Assembly (NCBI GenBank): GCA_951406725.2
Contig: OX597818.1
Location: 80,104,001 to 80,168,000, forward strand
DNA: 64,000 nucleotides
Source: Octopus vulgaris
Lineage: Eukaryota
Reading direction: 5' to 3'
Part shown: positions 40,537 through 54,660 of the stretch, in pieces
Numbering within the stretch: position 1 is the stretch's first letter
Layout of the letters: the number at the start of each line of letters is the position of its first letter
Program-made: the position numbers and the translations under genes
The notes under the pieces: generated by a model
What the model was told of the DNA's origin: nothing
The model's database searches: none
Seen by the model: only the letters and a program-made list of their open reading frames with translations

Positions 40537-41359
40537 GAAGTTAATCCAAACAAGAAAGCACAAAAAAACACAACGCGAGGACGTGGAACAAATATAGTAT
40601 TATTGGACGCTCAGGAAAGAAGGAGGGTTTAACGTTTCAAGCGGAGCTCTTCGACGGAAACATAGGAGAAGGGAAGACAGAGGAAAAAAATCGCCAAAAG
40701 TATATAAATATATATATATAGGTGAAAATCAGATATTCTCCATATAGAATACATAGTGCTCTAGAGATTTAAACTTCAGTGGGTACAGAAATAAATGTAG
40801 TATAGAAGTAAATCTGCCTAACTTGCTTATCCCTACATTTACATTGTATATGTGTTTGTGTGTGTACACACACACCACATATATATACAGTGCATATGAT
40901 TTTGATTTTTGATTTTTTCCAGTTTCAGCTCATGAGCTGTGGCCATGCTGGGGCACCGCCATTTAAAGCAGACCAGCCACCGGATGCCGAAACCCGGCAT
41001 ACTCATATTATATATATAAATATATATAAAATTAGAAAAAAACCACCTTTTATCAATTCAAAATGAACAATTAAATTACACCATCTAGAAAATTACATAT
41101 AATAGAAATATTAAAATTATTATTCTTTTACAATTTACTTAATCATTGACATTTTATTGTTATTTTAATTTTAATATTTCTATTATATGTAATTTTCTAG
41201 ATGTTGTAATTTAATTGTTCATTTTGAATTGATAAAAGGTGTTTTTTTTTCTAATTTTTTATATATATATATAATATTGTGTGAAATTTGATTTAGTATT
41301 TCTAAATTGAATTTTTTTCCTTGTAAGTTTATTCCCTCAAATAATAATTATTATATATA

Positions 41360-41402
<43 letters not shown>

Positions 41403-41410
41403 ATACAAAA

Positions 41411-41460
<50 letters not shown>

Positions 41461-41462
<2 letters not shown>

Positions 41463-42230
41463 TCATCATCATCATCATCATCATTTAACGTCCGCTTTCC
41501 ATGCTAGCATGGGTTGGACGGTTCAACTGGGGTCTGGGGAGCCCGAAAGCTGCACCAGTCCAGTCAGATCTGGCAGTGTTTCTACAGCTGGATGCCCTTC
41601 CTAACGCCAACCACTCCGAGAGTGTAGTGGGTGATTTTATGTGCCACCGACACAGGTGTCAGACGAGGCTGGCAAACGGCCACGCTCGGATGGTGTTTTT
41701 TATGTGCCACCGACACAGGTGCCAGACGAGGCTGGCAAACGGCCACGCTCGGATGGTGTTTTTTATGTGCCACCGACACAGGTGCCAGACGAGGCAGGCA
41801 GACGGCCACGCTCAGATGGTGTTTTTATGTGCCACCGACACAGGTGCCAGATGAGGCTGGCAAACGGCCACGATCGGATGGTGTTTGTTACATGCCCACA
41901 GCACGGAGGCCAGTCGATGCGGTACTGGCTACGGCCACGTTCGGATGGTTTTCTTGTGTGCCACGTGCCACCGGCACTGGTACCACAAAGATACAAATTC
42001 CATTGATGTTCATCTATTTTGATTTGTTTTGATTTTCACTTGCCTCAACAGGTCTTCACAAGTGTCACAAGAAGGAAGGTATGCACAGGTGGACTGACTA
42101 GTCTTGCCGGGTCTTCGGATGGTGTTTTTATGTGCCACCGACACAGGTGCCAGATGAGGCTGGCGAACGGCCACGATCAGATGGTGTTTGTTACGTGCCC
42201 ACAGCACGGAGGCCAGTCGGTGCGGTACTT
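41461..42230 (-). mobile_element. Retroposon family C with internal ~61-bp minisatellite and (GAT)n tail; copies at ~5950-6295, 12850-13300, 17886-18195, 24047-24465, 38785-39042, 48560-48900, 56765-57085
   Basis: Conserved GGTTGGCGTTAGGAAGGGCATCCAGCTGTAGAAAC..GGACGTTAAACGATGATG; variable copy number of the gtgccaccgacacaggtgccagacgaggctggc unit. Confidence 0.85.
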
Positions 42231-42464
42231 TGCAGCCTTCGAAACATATGTAGAAAATAATAAAAAGGAATTTTGTTAAATCTTCGTTCAGCTCCATTTC
42301 TTCCTACACTTAATATATAAAACTTCAAATTTCCGCACTAAGGCACGGATTTTATGCCCCATGGTTGTAACTTCAACCGTGCTTTTTCTGTTGTGATTTT
42401 TGCTACCCAGGTATCGGTTATCATTTGAATTATCCGTAATAAGATAATTCATTTATCTACTTCA

Positions 42465-42497
<33 letters not shown>

Positions 42498-42748
42498 TAC
42501 AACAGGCTTCTTTGAGCTTCCGTCTACCAAATCCATTCACAAGGCTTTGGTCGGCCTGAGGCTATAGTAGAAGATACTTGCCCAAGGTGCCACGCAGTGG
42601 GACTGAACCCAGAACCATGTGGTTAGTAAGCAAGCTACTTACCACATAGCTACCCCTGCACCTAAAATTTTTCAAGGTGGCTCCCCAGCATGCCCTCAGT
42701 CTAATGCAATAAAGAATAGACGAATATCTATGCACACATATATGTATG

Positions 42749-42835
<87 letters not shown>

Positions 42836-42837
42836 AC

Positions 42838-42959
<122 letters not shown>

Positions 42960-42993
42960 CATATATATATATATATATATATAATACATACAC

Positions 42994-43027
<34 letters not shown>

Positions 43028-45420
43028 CATAGATTACTATTCAAATATTAGTTGTATTACAACATTTACAAACACTTAACAAAGAGAAATAATTAACGTC
43101 TGTCAGTTTCAAACCTCAAAGTCATTATTAAATATATTAAGCTCGTGTGTCAACAAAAGATGCAAGTCTGTAAACAAAGAATTGTTAAAAACAAATACAA
43201 CACCATCATCACCACAACCAGCTGTTTTGACCACAAAGTTAAAACTAAGATATATATTTTGTGTGTATATGTACGTGTGTGTGTATGTGTGTGTTCATAT
43301 CATAATTTATTTCATGTGTAGATATAGGCTACTGTTAAACATAATCAATTATTTTCTTTGCAACACCATTGACGATACTATCAATAAATTGGTGATTAAC
43401 CTTATTAACTTACAGTAGAATATAAGCTATCTCTTTTTAAGTAGCACAGGTGAGAATTTGGGGCCAGAACAGCAAGCTAACAGGTAACTTGTTGTGCTAT
43501 GTATTATAGAAGGAGTTTCTTTTTTGTTTTATTTCTTTCTAGGCTTCAGTAAAGAAGTTTCCCTCTGAAAGCTATCTATTTAGGAGTCACTATGCAGTCA
43601 CTTGACTTGCTCTAAAATGACACCTTACTGTCTTAGAAATTAAAGACTTGTCAGATAATGCAGCTATGGGTGAAATATTCCAAGGGATGGTAACAGTTGG
43701 AATGTCTTTGATAACATGTCTTCTTAATCAGAATTAACTAGGGCTAAACAATAACAAAAACTAATTTCAGTAATGAAATGCAGAAGAGAATGTGTGGCCA
43801 CCACAAAAAGCTATTTGGTATTGAAGATGATGACAATGAACTTATATACATCACTCAGGTGCATTGCAACTTGGGGCAGGAAAGGTTTAAAAAAAAGGGA
43901 CAGAAAGATACATAAGTCAAGTAAAGAAAAACAGCAATGGAAGTTAGAAGTACATGCCCAATACACAGAATAAGGCACAAAAAGACAGAAAAGGGAACAG
44001 TAAAGAAGTACAAAGAGGAAAGGGTACTTAGACACATCTAGAGTAATCATCATCATCATCATCGTTTAATGTCCGCCTTCCATGCAGGTATGGGTTGGAC
44101 AGTTTGACAGGAGCCAGCTAGGTAGAAAACTACTGCAGGCTAGTGTGTCTGTTTTGGCATGGTTTTTACAGCTGGATGCCCTTCCTAACACCAACCACCC
44201 TGCAGAGTGGCAAATTTTAGCACAAACTAAAGAATTGCTCACAGTATGTCAGTAGTTATGTGAACAGGTCATATATGTATATGTGTGTGTGTATGATTGC
44301 ATGTATCCTTGTTTTGACATCACATAGTGGTTCTAAACAAGCAATGAGTTTCACTGTCATACAAACAATGTTATACATTTAGAATTTTCCATGTAAAACA
44401 TGCCTGGTTACGGGGAAATATTACCTTACTTCAAAACAAGTGAGAGTTGGCAACAGGGAGGGCATCTGGCCGTAGAATATATATATATGTAACTTACTTG
44501 GAAAAAGGATGCGCGGCATTCAGTCATATAAGTAATATATAAATATATGCATATATACATACATACGTGTACATACCTACATATATATGTATTTACACAT
44601 GCATGTACGGGTATAGGATATAAAAAAAAACGTTGAACACAATAAGAAACAAAAACATAGAAACAAACTTTTTTTTGAACAACGAAAAAAAACAGAGAAA
44701 CGAGACATACAACATAAAGAATATTCCTCTTCTTCAGTTGTCTCTGTTTCAACTACTCCACATTTCGAAGGCAAGGACAAGATGCGACTTTGTTGGAACA
44801 GTCCTTCCCACAAAACAAAATAAATAAAATTTGAGATTTTTTGCAGAGGGTGAAAGTGGTAACAAGAACAGGACAGTGAGAACAAAACAGTAAAAACAAT
44901 AAAAAAGTAAAAACAGTAACAGACAGGACAATGAGAACAAAACAGTTAAAACAAACGTTGACGGTTGTTAAGCCAAGATGATGGAAAAGTTATTCTGAAC
45001 GCTTAGGGAGACGAGCTTATGAAGAGACAGTGTAAGCACGTTTAGTCTTTGCAAAGGTAGTAGTCAGAAAGATAGATTCCTTCTCATCACATGTTAGCAA
45101 TGAGAGAGTCGAGGAGGAGTGAGAGAGGGAACAGTGAAGGGGAGAGAAGAATAGGGAAGGCTGGGAGAGAAAACCAGAAAGGATGAAGAACAAGAGGGGG
45201 AGAGAGATAGACAGAGAAGAGATAGTAAAGATAGAAGAGTGCGCATCGTAATTATTAAGATAAAACTTACTTGGAAAAAGGATGCGTGGCGTTCGATCAT
45301 ATAATATAAATAATAAATATATGCATATATACATACATATATGTACATACCTACATATATATGTATATACACATGCATATATTGGTACATCAAAAAACGT
45401 TGAACAGAATGAGAAACGAA

Positions 45421-45456
<36 letters not shown>

Positions 45457-45890
45457 AATGAGATAGGGGTTGAAAATTCAACCCACCATGGGATAATATA
45501 TATCCAATATACTGCTAGATAGGTACCCAACAAAATTGATACATAGATGTTAGAAATTGCCAAGCAATCAGTTCATCTATTGTATTAAATGGGTAAGGGT
45601 AATAATATTACCGTAAATTCTGCCTTTATGGCTTATAGGTTAAATGAGGTATGACTGTCCTCACTGCCGAAACAGCTGTCAGTTTTGATTTATTTGCATA
45701 TTGTATTTGTAATTTTTTACTTATATCTCTTTATCTTTTTACTTTTACTATTACTGTATATCTCATTTCATTTCATTTTATATATTGCCTTTACTCCTAT
45801 GTAATGGTGTATTAAAGTATGGATTGAGTATCATCGGATAGTTGATGTTTTATTGATTTAAATATGTTTCTCCTTTCTCTAATTTTGTAG

Positions 45891-45956
<66 letters not shown>

Positions 45957-46197
45957 GTATGTATATATACATGTGTGTATGTATATATAATTTAATGCCC
46001 TTAGCCTACCAATTTTGAACAGTCTCAAGTGTAACAGGCCGAAACTGTAATGATGATTGGAAGATTGACTGATGAATAGAAAGCCACAAATGTTCTGTAC
46101 TGGTTTTTCTGTCCATCTGTCTGTATGTTTTCATTGTTGTCCATTACATACTTGTTCCGTTTGGGATTTTTATATATATATATATATATATATAAAA

Positions 46198-46229
<32 letters not shown>

Positions 46230-47015
46230 ACATACGTATGGCACTTAGTTATGATGATGAGGGTTCCAGAACAGCCAGCTCATGAAATTAACATGCAAGA
46301 GCACTCCATAAACATGTGTCCCCTTAACATTGCTCTCAGGGAGATTCAGCATGACACGGTGTGTGACAAGGTTTAAAATCCAGGTACTACTCCTTTTTGC
46401 CAGTTGATTTGACGGGTGCAACGTGAAATAAAGTGTCTTGCTCAAGGACACAATGTGCCAACAGGAATCAAACTCATGACCTTGCGATCACAAGCTGATT
46501 ACCCTAACCACTAAGCCACATGCCTTCACGGCTCTCGACAATACACCACAATAAATTTTGTTCGACCAATGCAAGCTCAGAAAAGTAAACGTTACAATGA
46601 CGATGATGAACAATGTAACACAGCCATACATTGCATAAAACCAGATGGCACTGCAATCTCTTACACAAATGACTACTGTGCAAATACAAACGATTTACAG
46701 ACACCACTGATGATGAATATTTGAAATAAGTACTAGTCAAATACTAAGCTAAATAAAATCAATTGTTATCATCATCAGTTTAACACCCACTTTTCCATGC
46801 TCACATGCATTGGACCAAATTTGTTAATGTGGATTTTCTATGGCCAACAGCCCTTCCTATTGTTCACCAACCTTAACTTATTTCCATTTGGGATAATATT
46901 TCCCTTTGACTAAACACATATACTGCCTGAATGGCTGTGACACACATTTACAACTATTCCACAATTTCAAGGCAAGGAGACATCAACATATAAACATTTA
47001 TTACATATATATATT

Positions 47016-47065
<50 letters not shown>

Positions 47066-47257
47066 CATATACATATATATATGTATGTATGTATGTATGT
47101 ATACATATATATGTCTGTATGAATCATCATCATCAATTTGGTTTTAATTTTTGTCTTGAAAAGTTTGGTTAAGCAAACAAAAGCACTGATAAAAACTTAT
47201 CCCAAATTTTCACTGCCAGCTTTTTCTCAATATACAATATCTATATCAATCTGTCTG

Positions 47258-47299
<42 letters not shown>

Positions 47300-48194
47300 A
47301 TGAGTTTCTTTCAGTTTCCATTTAGTAAATCCACTAACAAGGTTTTGGTCAACCTGGGGCTATAAAACACTCTAGCCCAAGGTGCATGCAGTGGGACTGA
47401 ACTCAGAACCATGTAGCTGAGAAGCAAAATTCTTACCTCACAGGCATGCTTATTTATCTCCCCTAAAAAGAGCAGCCTTATATCTAAATTTTAAAAAATC
47501 AATAATCTACTAGTAGTCAGAGAAATAAAGCAGGCAGCAAAAAAAAAAAGAAGTATACTTCAAATATTAAAATGTTACATGTATCTGCAACATGATGGTA
47601 ATAACATATATGTTATGTGCAATAAAAATAAACTAAACTAAAAATGTAATAAAACACACACACACAGCTAAATAACACATCAATGTTCAAATGTAAAGGC
47701 TAATAAAATATCAAGTTATCCCATATTTGTTATTGTTATAATTATTATCATTATTTTTCTGTCCAGAAATAAAGTAAGGCAATATTATAACCCAAAGTGG
47801 AACATGAAACATGAACAGTAGGACTGGTTATATGGTGAGGAAGACAGCTTTGCAGCTGTGCAACTACACAGTTCTGGGTTCAATTCCACTATATTACATT
47901 TTCAGCATGTGTATGCAAGCATAGTATGGGGGTTAACCAAAAATTTGAAAATGAGACAGAGTAAACAGAAGTTATGCAAACGTCAGTATGGGGAATTATT
48001 ACCCCATATTATCATCACCACTCAATGTTCATTTTCCATGCTGGTAAATGTTGAACAGTTTGACAGGAGCTGGTGAGGCCGAAGACTGTGCCAAGCACCA
48101 ATGTCTGCTTTGGCATGGTCTCTACAGTTGGATGCCCTCCCAATGTCAACCCCTTTAGTGTACTGGGTGCCTTTTATATGGCATCAGCAAAGGT

Positions 48195-48550
48195 GCAGGA
48201 GTGGCTGTGTGGTAAGAAGCTTGCTTCCCAACCACATGGTTCCGGGTTCAGTCCCACTGTGTGGCACCTTGGGCAAGTGTTTTCTACTACAGCCTTGGGC
48301 TGACCAAAGACTTGTGAGTGGATTTGGTAGACAAAAACTGAAAGAAGCCCGTCATGTGTGTGTGTGTGTGTATTTGTGTTTGACCCCCACCATTACTTAA
48401 CAACTGATGCTGGTGTGTTTATGTCCCCATAACTTAGCAGTTCAGCAAAAGACTGATAAAATAAGTACTAGGCTTACAAAGAATAAATCCTGGGGTCGAT
48501 TTGTTTGACTGAAGGCATGGCCACAGTCAAATAACTGAAACCAGTAAAAG
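48195..48550 (+). mobile_element. tRNA-derived SINE family B; copies at ~3440-3840, 14100-14270, 21800-21935, 25420-25850, 26660-27040, 29250-29645, 42500-42665, 49225-49520, 52620-52770
   Basis: TGGCTGTGTGGTAAG..GGTTCAGTCCC..CACCTTGGGCAAG head/core; internal (TG)n; A-rich tail. Confidence 0.85.
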
Positions 48551-49704
48551 AATATATATATCATCATCATCATCATCATCGTTTAACGTCCATTTTCCAT
48601 GCTAGCATGGGTTGAACGGTTCGACCGGGGTCTGGGAAGCCAGGAGGCTGTACCAGGCTCCAGTCTGATCTGGCAGTGTTTCTACAGCTGGATGCCCTTC
48701 CTAACGCCAACCACTCTGAGTGTAGTGGGTATTTTTTACATGCCATCGACACAGGAGCCAGGGGACACTGGCAAACGGCCATGATCATTTAGTGCTTTTA
48801 CGTGTTACTGACACGGACGCCAGTCAGGCGGCACTGGCATCTGCCATGTTCGGACAGCGCTTTTTACGTGTCACTGGCACAGGTATCTTACTTAACTACA
48901 ATTTCCATATGATTTTTATTTTGATGTTGGTGTTGACATACTTGACTCAATAGGTCTTCTCAAGAACAGTGGGTCACTCTACAATCCAAGGTTAGCACAG
49001 CAGGCCATCCTGCAAGCCATGAACTCACTTCATTTGTCAGGTCTTCACAGTCACAGCATATCTCTGAGGTCTCGGTCTTTGTCATTTCCTGTGAAGCCGT
49101 GCCACCAGCACGAGTATCGTCACTAAATGTGATTAGGGTGTTAGTAAACACCTACGCTGCTGTTTATACAACACATACACATGTGTATATGCATGTGTAT
49201 GTGCATATATATGTATGTGTATAAGCACAGGAGTTGCTGTATGGTAAGAAGCTTGCTTCCCACCCACATGGTTCCAGGTTCAACCCCACTGCATGGCATC
49301 TTGGGCAGGCTATAGTGTGTGTGTGTGTGTGTGTGTGTTTGTCTCACGTGTTGACATGTTTACGTTCCCATAACTTACCGGTTTAGCAAAAGATAACAAC
49401 AGAATAAGCACCAGGCTTATAAGATAAAAAAAAAGTACTGGGGTCAATTCATTTGACTATCATTCTCCATGGCAGTGCTCCAGCATGGCCACAGTCTAAT
49501 GACTGAAATAAGTAAAAGTATAAAAGAAAGCAAAAGAATATATATACAAGCGTGTATGTAACAATCTCTACCCTCAGCGATAAGTGTGACAGAGTATAGA
49601 CACATTATACTTTAACCCTTAAGCATTCAGATTACGGGTCAAATGAATATTTATTCACTTTGTTTTTGAATTAATCATGCATTATCTCATAACATTATCA
49701 TGTA

Positions 49705-50270
49705 TTGGGTTGTCCGGAAAGTTTGTGCCGATTTATAGCAGCTTACCTTTTGACTTATTTTAGAACATGGTTGAGCCCACAAAATAGGATTTGATTACAC
49801 CTCCATTTAGAGCACAGTTTGAGCTATCTTTTCGTGGAAGAAGGTTTATGTTCCTATAACCTGTGTTAATTCTGTAACACTTTAAAATGGAAGAGAAGAA
49901 AGTTCATTTTCGGCACTTGATGCTTTGGGAACCAGACAAAAATTGCTGCAGCTCAGCTGGGATGTGTTACTCTACCCTCCATATTCACCAGATATTGCTC
50001 CTTCGGATTTCCACTTATTCTGGTCTCTGCAGAATAGCCTTGATGGTAAAAATTTCAATTCCTTGGATGATGTAAAAAGATACCTTGATGAATTCTTTGC
50101 CATGAAACCACCTCAATTCTGGGAAGAGGATATTTTCAAGTTAAAGGAAGGATGGAGACGCATTGTGCAACAAGATGGTTCATATTTGGTTGATTAAAAA
50201 TGCAATGGCAAGTATTTATTGACCTTTTTTTTTCCTTTAAAAATCGGCACAAACTTTCCGGACAACCCAA
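49705..50270 (+). mobile_element. Internally deleted mariner (different subfamily) with TIRs and TA TSD
   Basis: TIR TTGGGTTGTCCGGAAAGTTTGTGCCGATTT at both ends; MEEKKVHFRHLML joined to WDVLLYPPYSPDIAPSDFHLFWSLQN. Confidence 0.92.
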
Positions 50271-50475
50271 TATTATCTCAAGATTTTGATGATGTGGTTG
50301 TTTATCTTTAGAATGACATCGTAAGATATGTGTAAGAGGCTGAATCTAGTCAGTTTAGACATAAAATAAATAAAAGACTTGGACCAAATATGACCAGATT
50401 AAATGCTAAAGCTGGGGTCCTCAACCATTTTTTGCCCATGGACCACCCTTGCTTCCTATTTTACTCTACTGCATA

Positions 50476-51140
50476 CAACATGGTATCAAAAGGTTCCTGG
50501 ACTAGTTATGTTTAATTAAAAAAGTAACTTATTTACCTAAGTTTTAACATCATCTCCTTCGAAAGAGTCACCTTGCGTAGCAATACATCAGTCCCAATGT
50601 TCCTGACACTTTAGGAATCTGGCCTGGAAGTCGTTTTCCGTGAGTTGAGGACCAACTGTGATTCACTGTGGAGCTTGACAACAGTGTTAAAACAGCAACC
50701 TTCCAACTACATTTTCATCTTGGAAAAGAGATGGAAGTCCACAGGTGCTAAATCTGGTGAATAGGGCAGGTAGGGAAGCAATACCATGATTTTTGCAAGA
50801 AACTCACAAGTGAGGAGAGCTCGATGAAGGATCCAATTCTTCACACTCTACAGATTCACCAAATGTACACCATCAAACACTTCAAAACATCCCAGTAGAA
50901 CTTTCAATTGACGATCTGGCCCTGGGGTACAAATTCCCAATGCAGAATACCACATTTCTGGAGGTAATGCTCATGGCAGGTCTTCCAGGGACATTCTTCC
51001 ACTTTTGAAGAGCCCATACCACTTGAAACATTGTATACGATCCATTGCCACATCGCCATAAGTTTGCCAAAGCATGCTTAATATCTCTGTAGCAGACTTC
51101 CCAAGTTTAACGCAGAATTTCACATTAGCTCTTTGTTCCT
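50476..51140 (-). mobile_element. Truncated third copy of the same mariner family
   Basis: Left TIR tggtatcaaaaggttcctggactagttatg; colinear with the 55583 copy. Confidence 0.8.
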
Positions 51141-53165
51141 AATAAATATTACTAAGAATTGTACAAAAAAATATTTTGTGCATTGTAGAAGTATAACTAA
51201 CTTATTACACATACATTTTAACAAAATTTTATATGGACCTTCACAGGGCCATATGGGTTCTGGTTGAAAATCCTTACACTAAAGGATTAACATGCACACA
51301 ATTAAAAAATTAGTTACCTCTACAAACTACATGTTATCATACTCTTCAAACCCTACCAGTATCATTTATTGTTCTCTCTCTCTCTTTCGAATGCTAAGTC
51401 TCATCAGGCTGGTTAGTCAGTTTCTATGATGTGTGACCACAACATTCCTTCTGAGCAGGATGCTGGCATTGAACCCTACAACACAACCATTGTAGAGTTC
51501 AATACTAGCAATTTTGAGGTGGGGAAAGTTGATTATATTGATCACAACACTTGACTAGTCTCTTATTTTATCAACCCCAAAGGAACAAAAAGCAAAGTTT
51601 GTCTCAATGGGATTTGAACTCAGTATAGAGTCAGAAGAAATGCTACTGAGTATTTCGCCTAATGCGCAAACAATTCTTATTACTTTACTACCCACAAGGG
51701 GCAAAACATAGAGGGGACAAACAAGTTTAGACAAACGGATTAAGTTGATTGTATCGACCTCAGTGCGTAACTGGTACTTATTTAATCGACTCCAAAAGGA
51801 TGAAAGGCAAAGTCGACCTTGGCAGAATTTGAACTCAGAAAGTAGCGGCAGATGAAATACCGCTAAGCATTTCGCCTGGCGTGCAAACAATTCTGCCATC
51901 TCTGCACCTTGTCAATATCATGGCATTAACAAAATCAAAAGAACAATGGATAGAACAGTATACAGTATTTAGTAATGGACCATTACATTCTAAATTCAAA
52001 TCCACAACTGTGATGGATGTTGTCTTTTATCTTTGTAACGATGGTATGGTCAATAAAATAAATATCAGTTAAGTAAGGTATGGTTGTGCTGCTAAGAAAT
52101 ATATTTTGTAACCTATAGTTTTGGGTTCAATCCCACTATACAGCAGCTTGGTTGAGATTGAATTGTCTTCTTTAATAGATCAGGTAGACTATTAATGGGT
52201 AGAATTTGATAAACAGAAACTATAAAGAAGCCTATCATATATACAGAGTTTATTGAGACACATTTTCTATGGCCCTTCCTGTCACCAGTTTCCAAGCAAG
52301 GTAATATTTCCCCATGGCCAGACAAGTTTTTGCAGAATGGCACATAAAAAGCACCCACTACACTCTTGGAGTGGTTGGCATTAGGAAGGGCATCCAGCCA
52401 TAGAAACCATGCCAAATCAGATTGGAACCTGGTGTAGCCCTACAGCTAACCAATTTCAGTCAAACTGTCCACTTCATGCCAACATGGAAAGCAGATGCTA
52501 ATTGATGATAATGATGATGACAACAACGACGATGATTATTATGAATGACACAACTTGTATGACAGTCTACCAGGCAATGTCAGGTCAAGGAGACACAAAC
52601 ATGCACTCACTCACACACACAACAGGCTTCTATCAAGTTTCTCTCTACCAAATCCACTCACAAGTTGGCCCAGGGCTATAGTAAAAGACACTTGCTCAAG
52701 ATGCTACACAGTGGAACTGAACTTCGAACCATGTGGTTAGGAAGCAAACTTCTTCACCACACAGCTATGCCTTTCAATAATATAAATCAACTTTAGAAAT
52801 AAACATTGGCAGGGAAACAACGAAAACTAGTGCCTTATGAACGAAATTCCTTGAGATATTGGTTCTGCTTTGAATTAGACAATCTCGCGTCACTATTGTC
52901 ATTAATAAATGAAGTGACTATAGTTTGAAGATACAATTTAACCCTTTTGGTGCCAACCCACCAGAGATCACCTCTGGTTCTATGATGCAAACTTCCTGTT
53001 TTAAAGTGAGCTCAACTAAAACCGACCATCAAATTTTCATCTTAATTTATCTTCAAAAACCAGCTTAGTAATGACAAAGCTATTTTACAGTTCTATATTT
53101 AAGAGATTGGAATTATGTACATTATTTACAATTGACGGATATTCATCCTCATCTTGTTTGTTGTT

Positions 53166-53211
53166 AACACAACATTTCGGCTGGTATACCCTCCAGCCTT
53201 CATCAGGTGTC
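53166..53211 (-). ncRNA. Minimal type I hammerhead ribozyme motif in PLE pLTR (more decayed direct copy at 54179-54224 +)
   Basis: gacac CTGATGA a GGCTGG-agggtata-CCAGCC GAAA tGTT gtgtt. Stem I gacac/gtgtt, 6-bp stem II, GAAA(C>T)GTT stem III. Confidence 0.75.
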
Positions 53212-54030
53212 TTGGGGAGAAAAAAAAAGACAATGAGCTAGCATTCCTGGACATATTAGTAACACGTATGAAGTATGGATTCAAGATATCCATATACCAC
53301 AAGCCAACCTTCACTGGATAATACCTGAACTTCAACTCCCACCATCCATACAGTGTAAAGAGAGGGATTGCTCAGTGCCTAAAACATCGAGCAATGAATA
53401 TAAGTAACGATCGTGATACCCACCACGAAGAAATGATCAAGCTCAGTAACAATCTATTAAACAACAACTACCCAAAAGCATACTCTCCACTCCAATTAGG
53501 AAGAAAAGAGAGGATGAAACTGATAAACTGTCCACAGTCTGTCTACCTTATGTGAAAGGCCTCTCTGAAAGATACAAAAGATATGAGGCCCATATGACAT
53601 CAGGACAGTATTCAAAAGTAATACAACACTTCACAAATATCTCCTTCGAGTAAAACTACCAATAGAAGAGAATATGACTAAGAACTGCGTGTACTCCATC
53701 CCATGCAGCTGTCATAGGTTATACAAAGGCGAAACATGCCGCCCTCTCAAAATGAATGTAGAGGAACATCGCAAAGCTGTGACACGAGGAGATATTGATA
53801 AATCGGGTATACCTGATCAGGTATGGAAAAATGGAGACCACCTCCCCCTGTGGAATGAAGTTAAAATAATAGAACACCACTGGAAAATACAACAAAAGAA
53901 GCAGCACATATGCTAGGACACAACAAGCAGACCGAGGACAGATATGAACAGTATATAGGAACCGGTATTAAGGAAGGATAGGAGAATATTAGATTTATAA
54001 GCCCTAAAATTCACTCCATAATTGCCCTCA

Positions 54031-54102
54031 GGCATATGGCATAGTGGTTAACAGTGCGGGCTACTAACCCCAAGATTCCGAGTTTGATTCCAGGCAGTGA
54101 CC
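54031..54102 (+). other. tRNA-like (Arg-like) Pol III head between the GIY-YIG ORF and the hammerhead pLTR
   Basis: A-box-like TGGCATAGTGG, then ctact..aagattcc, B-box-like GTTTGATTCC and aggc. Resembles tRNA-Arg CTACGGATCAGAAGATTCCAGGTTCGACTCCTGGC. Not a complete tRNA. Confidence 0.6.
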
Positions 54103-54660
54103 TGAATATAATAACAGCAACAACAACAACATCGAAAAATACCTTAGGAATGAGAACCCAGGTTCAAAATTTCCCCAAGACACCTGATGAAGGCTGGCGG
54201 GTATATCAGCCATAACATTGTGTTAACAACAAACAAGATGAGGACAAATATCCATCAATTGTAAATAATGTAAATAAAGCTATTTTATTAAATTCATCAT
54301 TACTTTTAAAATTAATTAAAACAAAGGGAGTGTATTTCAATGGAAATATGGTAACAAAGGGTTTAAAGTGATCTAAATTAAAACTTTCTATTAAAATTTG
54401 GTTCCAAACCCCAGCTTAATGAAATTATTATTAAATTCATCTTCAAAATTATTTGAAACAAAGTCAATGAAAATATGGTAAGAAAATGATCGTATTCATC
54501 CAAAATGCAAATTTTGACAATCAGCACTGCCTTTCACCTCTTCTGAGATTAATGAATTAAATATCAATACTTTAATGAAATCAATCCAGTTTAAAAGACA
54601 ATTCTACTACAAATTAGTCATGTGCCAAAAAATTGGGTTTCATAACTTCATGTTTGTCAA

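Larger units (their letters stand above)
53088..54275 (+). mobile_element. 5'-truncated Penelope-like element: RT C-terminus + GIY-YIG endonuclease, inverted 5' pLTR copy, 12-bp TSD
   Basis: Decayed frames ELAFLDILVTR..YHKPTFTG*YLNFNSHHP (from ~53235) and NCVYSIPCSC..YKGETCRPL..EEH (53674-53916). ~53112-53219 is the reverse complement of ~54170-54277. AAAGCTATTTTA at 53076-53087 and 54276-54287. Confidence 0.9.

Noticed and set aside
41630-41900. CRISPR-like array
   Set aside because: Head-to-tail units without unique spacers, inside a eukaryotic retroposon; no cas genes.
54031-54102. Functional tRNA gene
   Set aside because: Acceptor and T stems do not pair properly and there is no poly-T terminator; only tRNA-derived.
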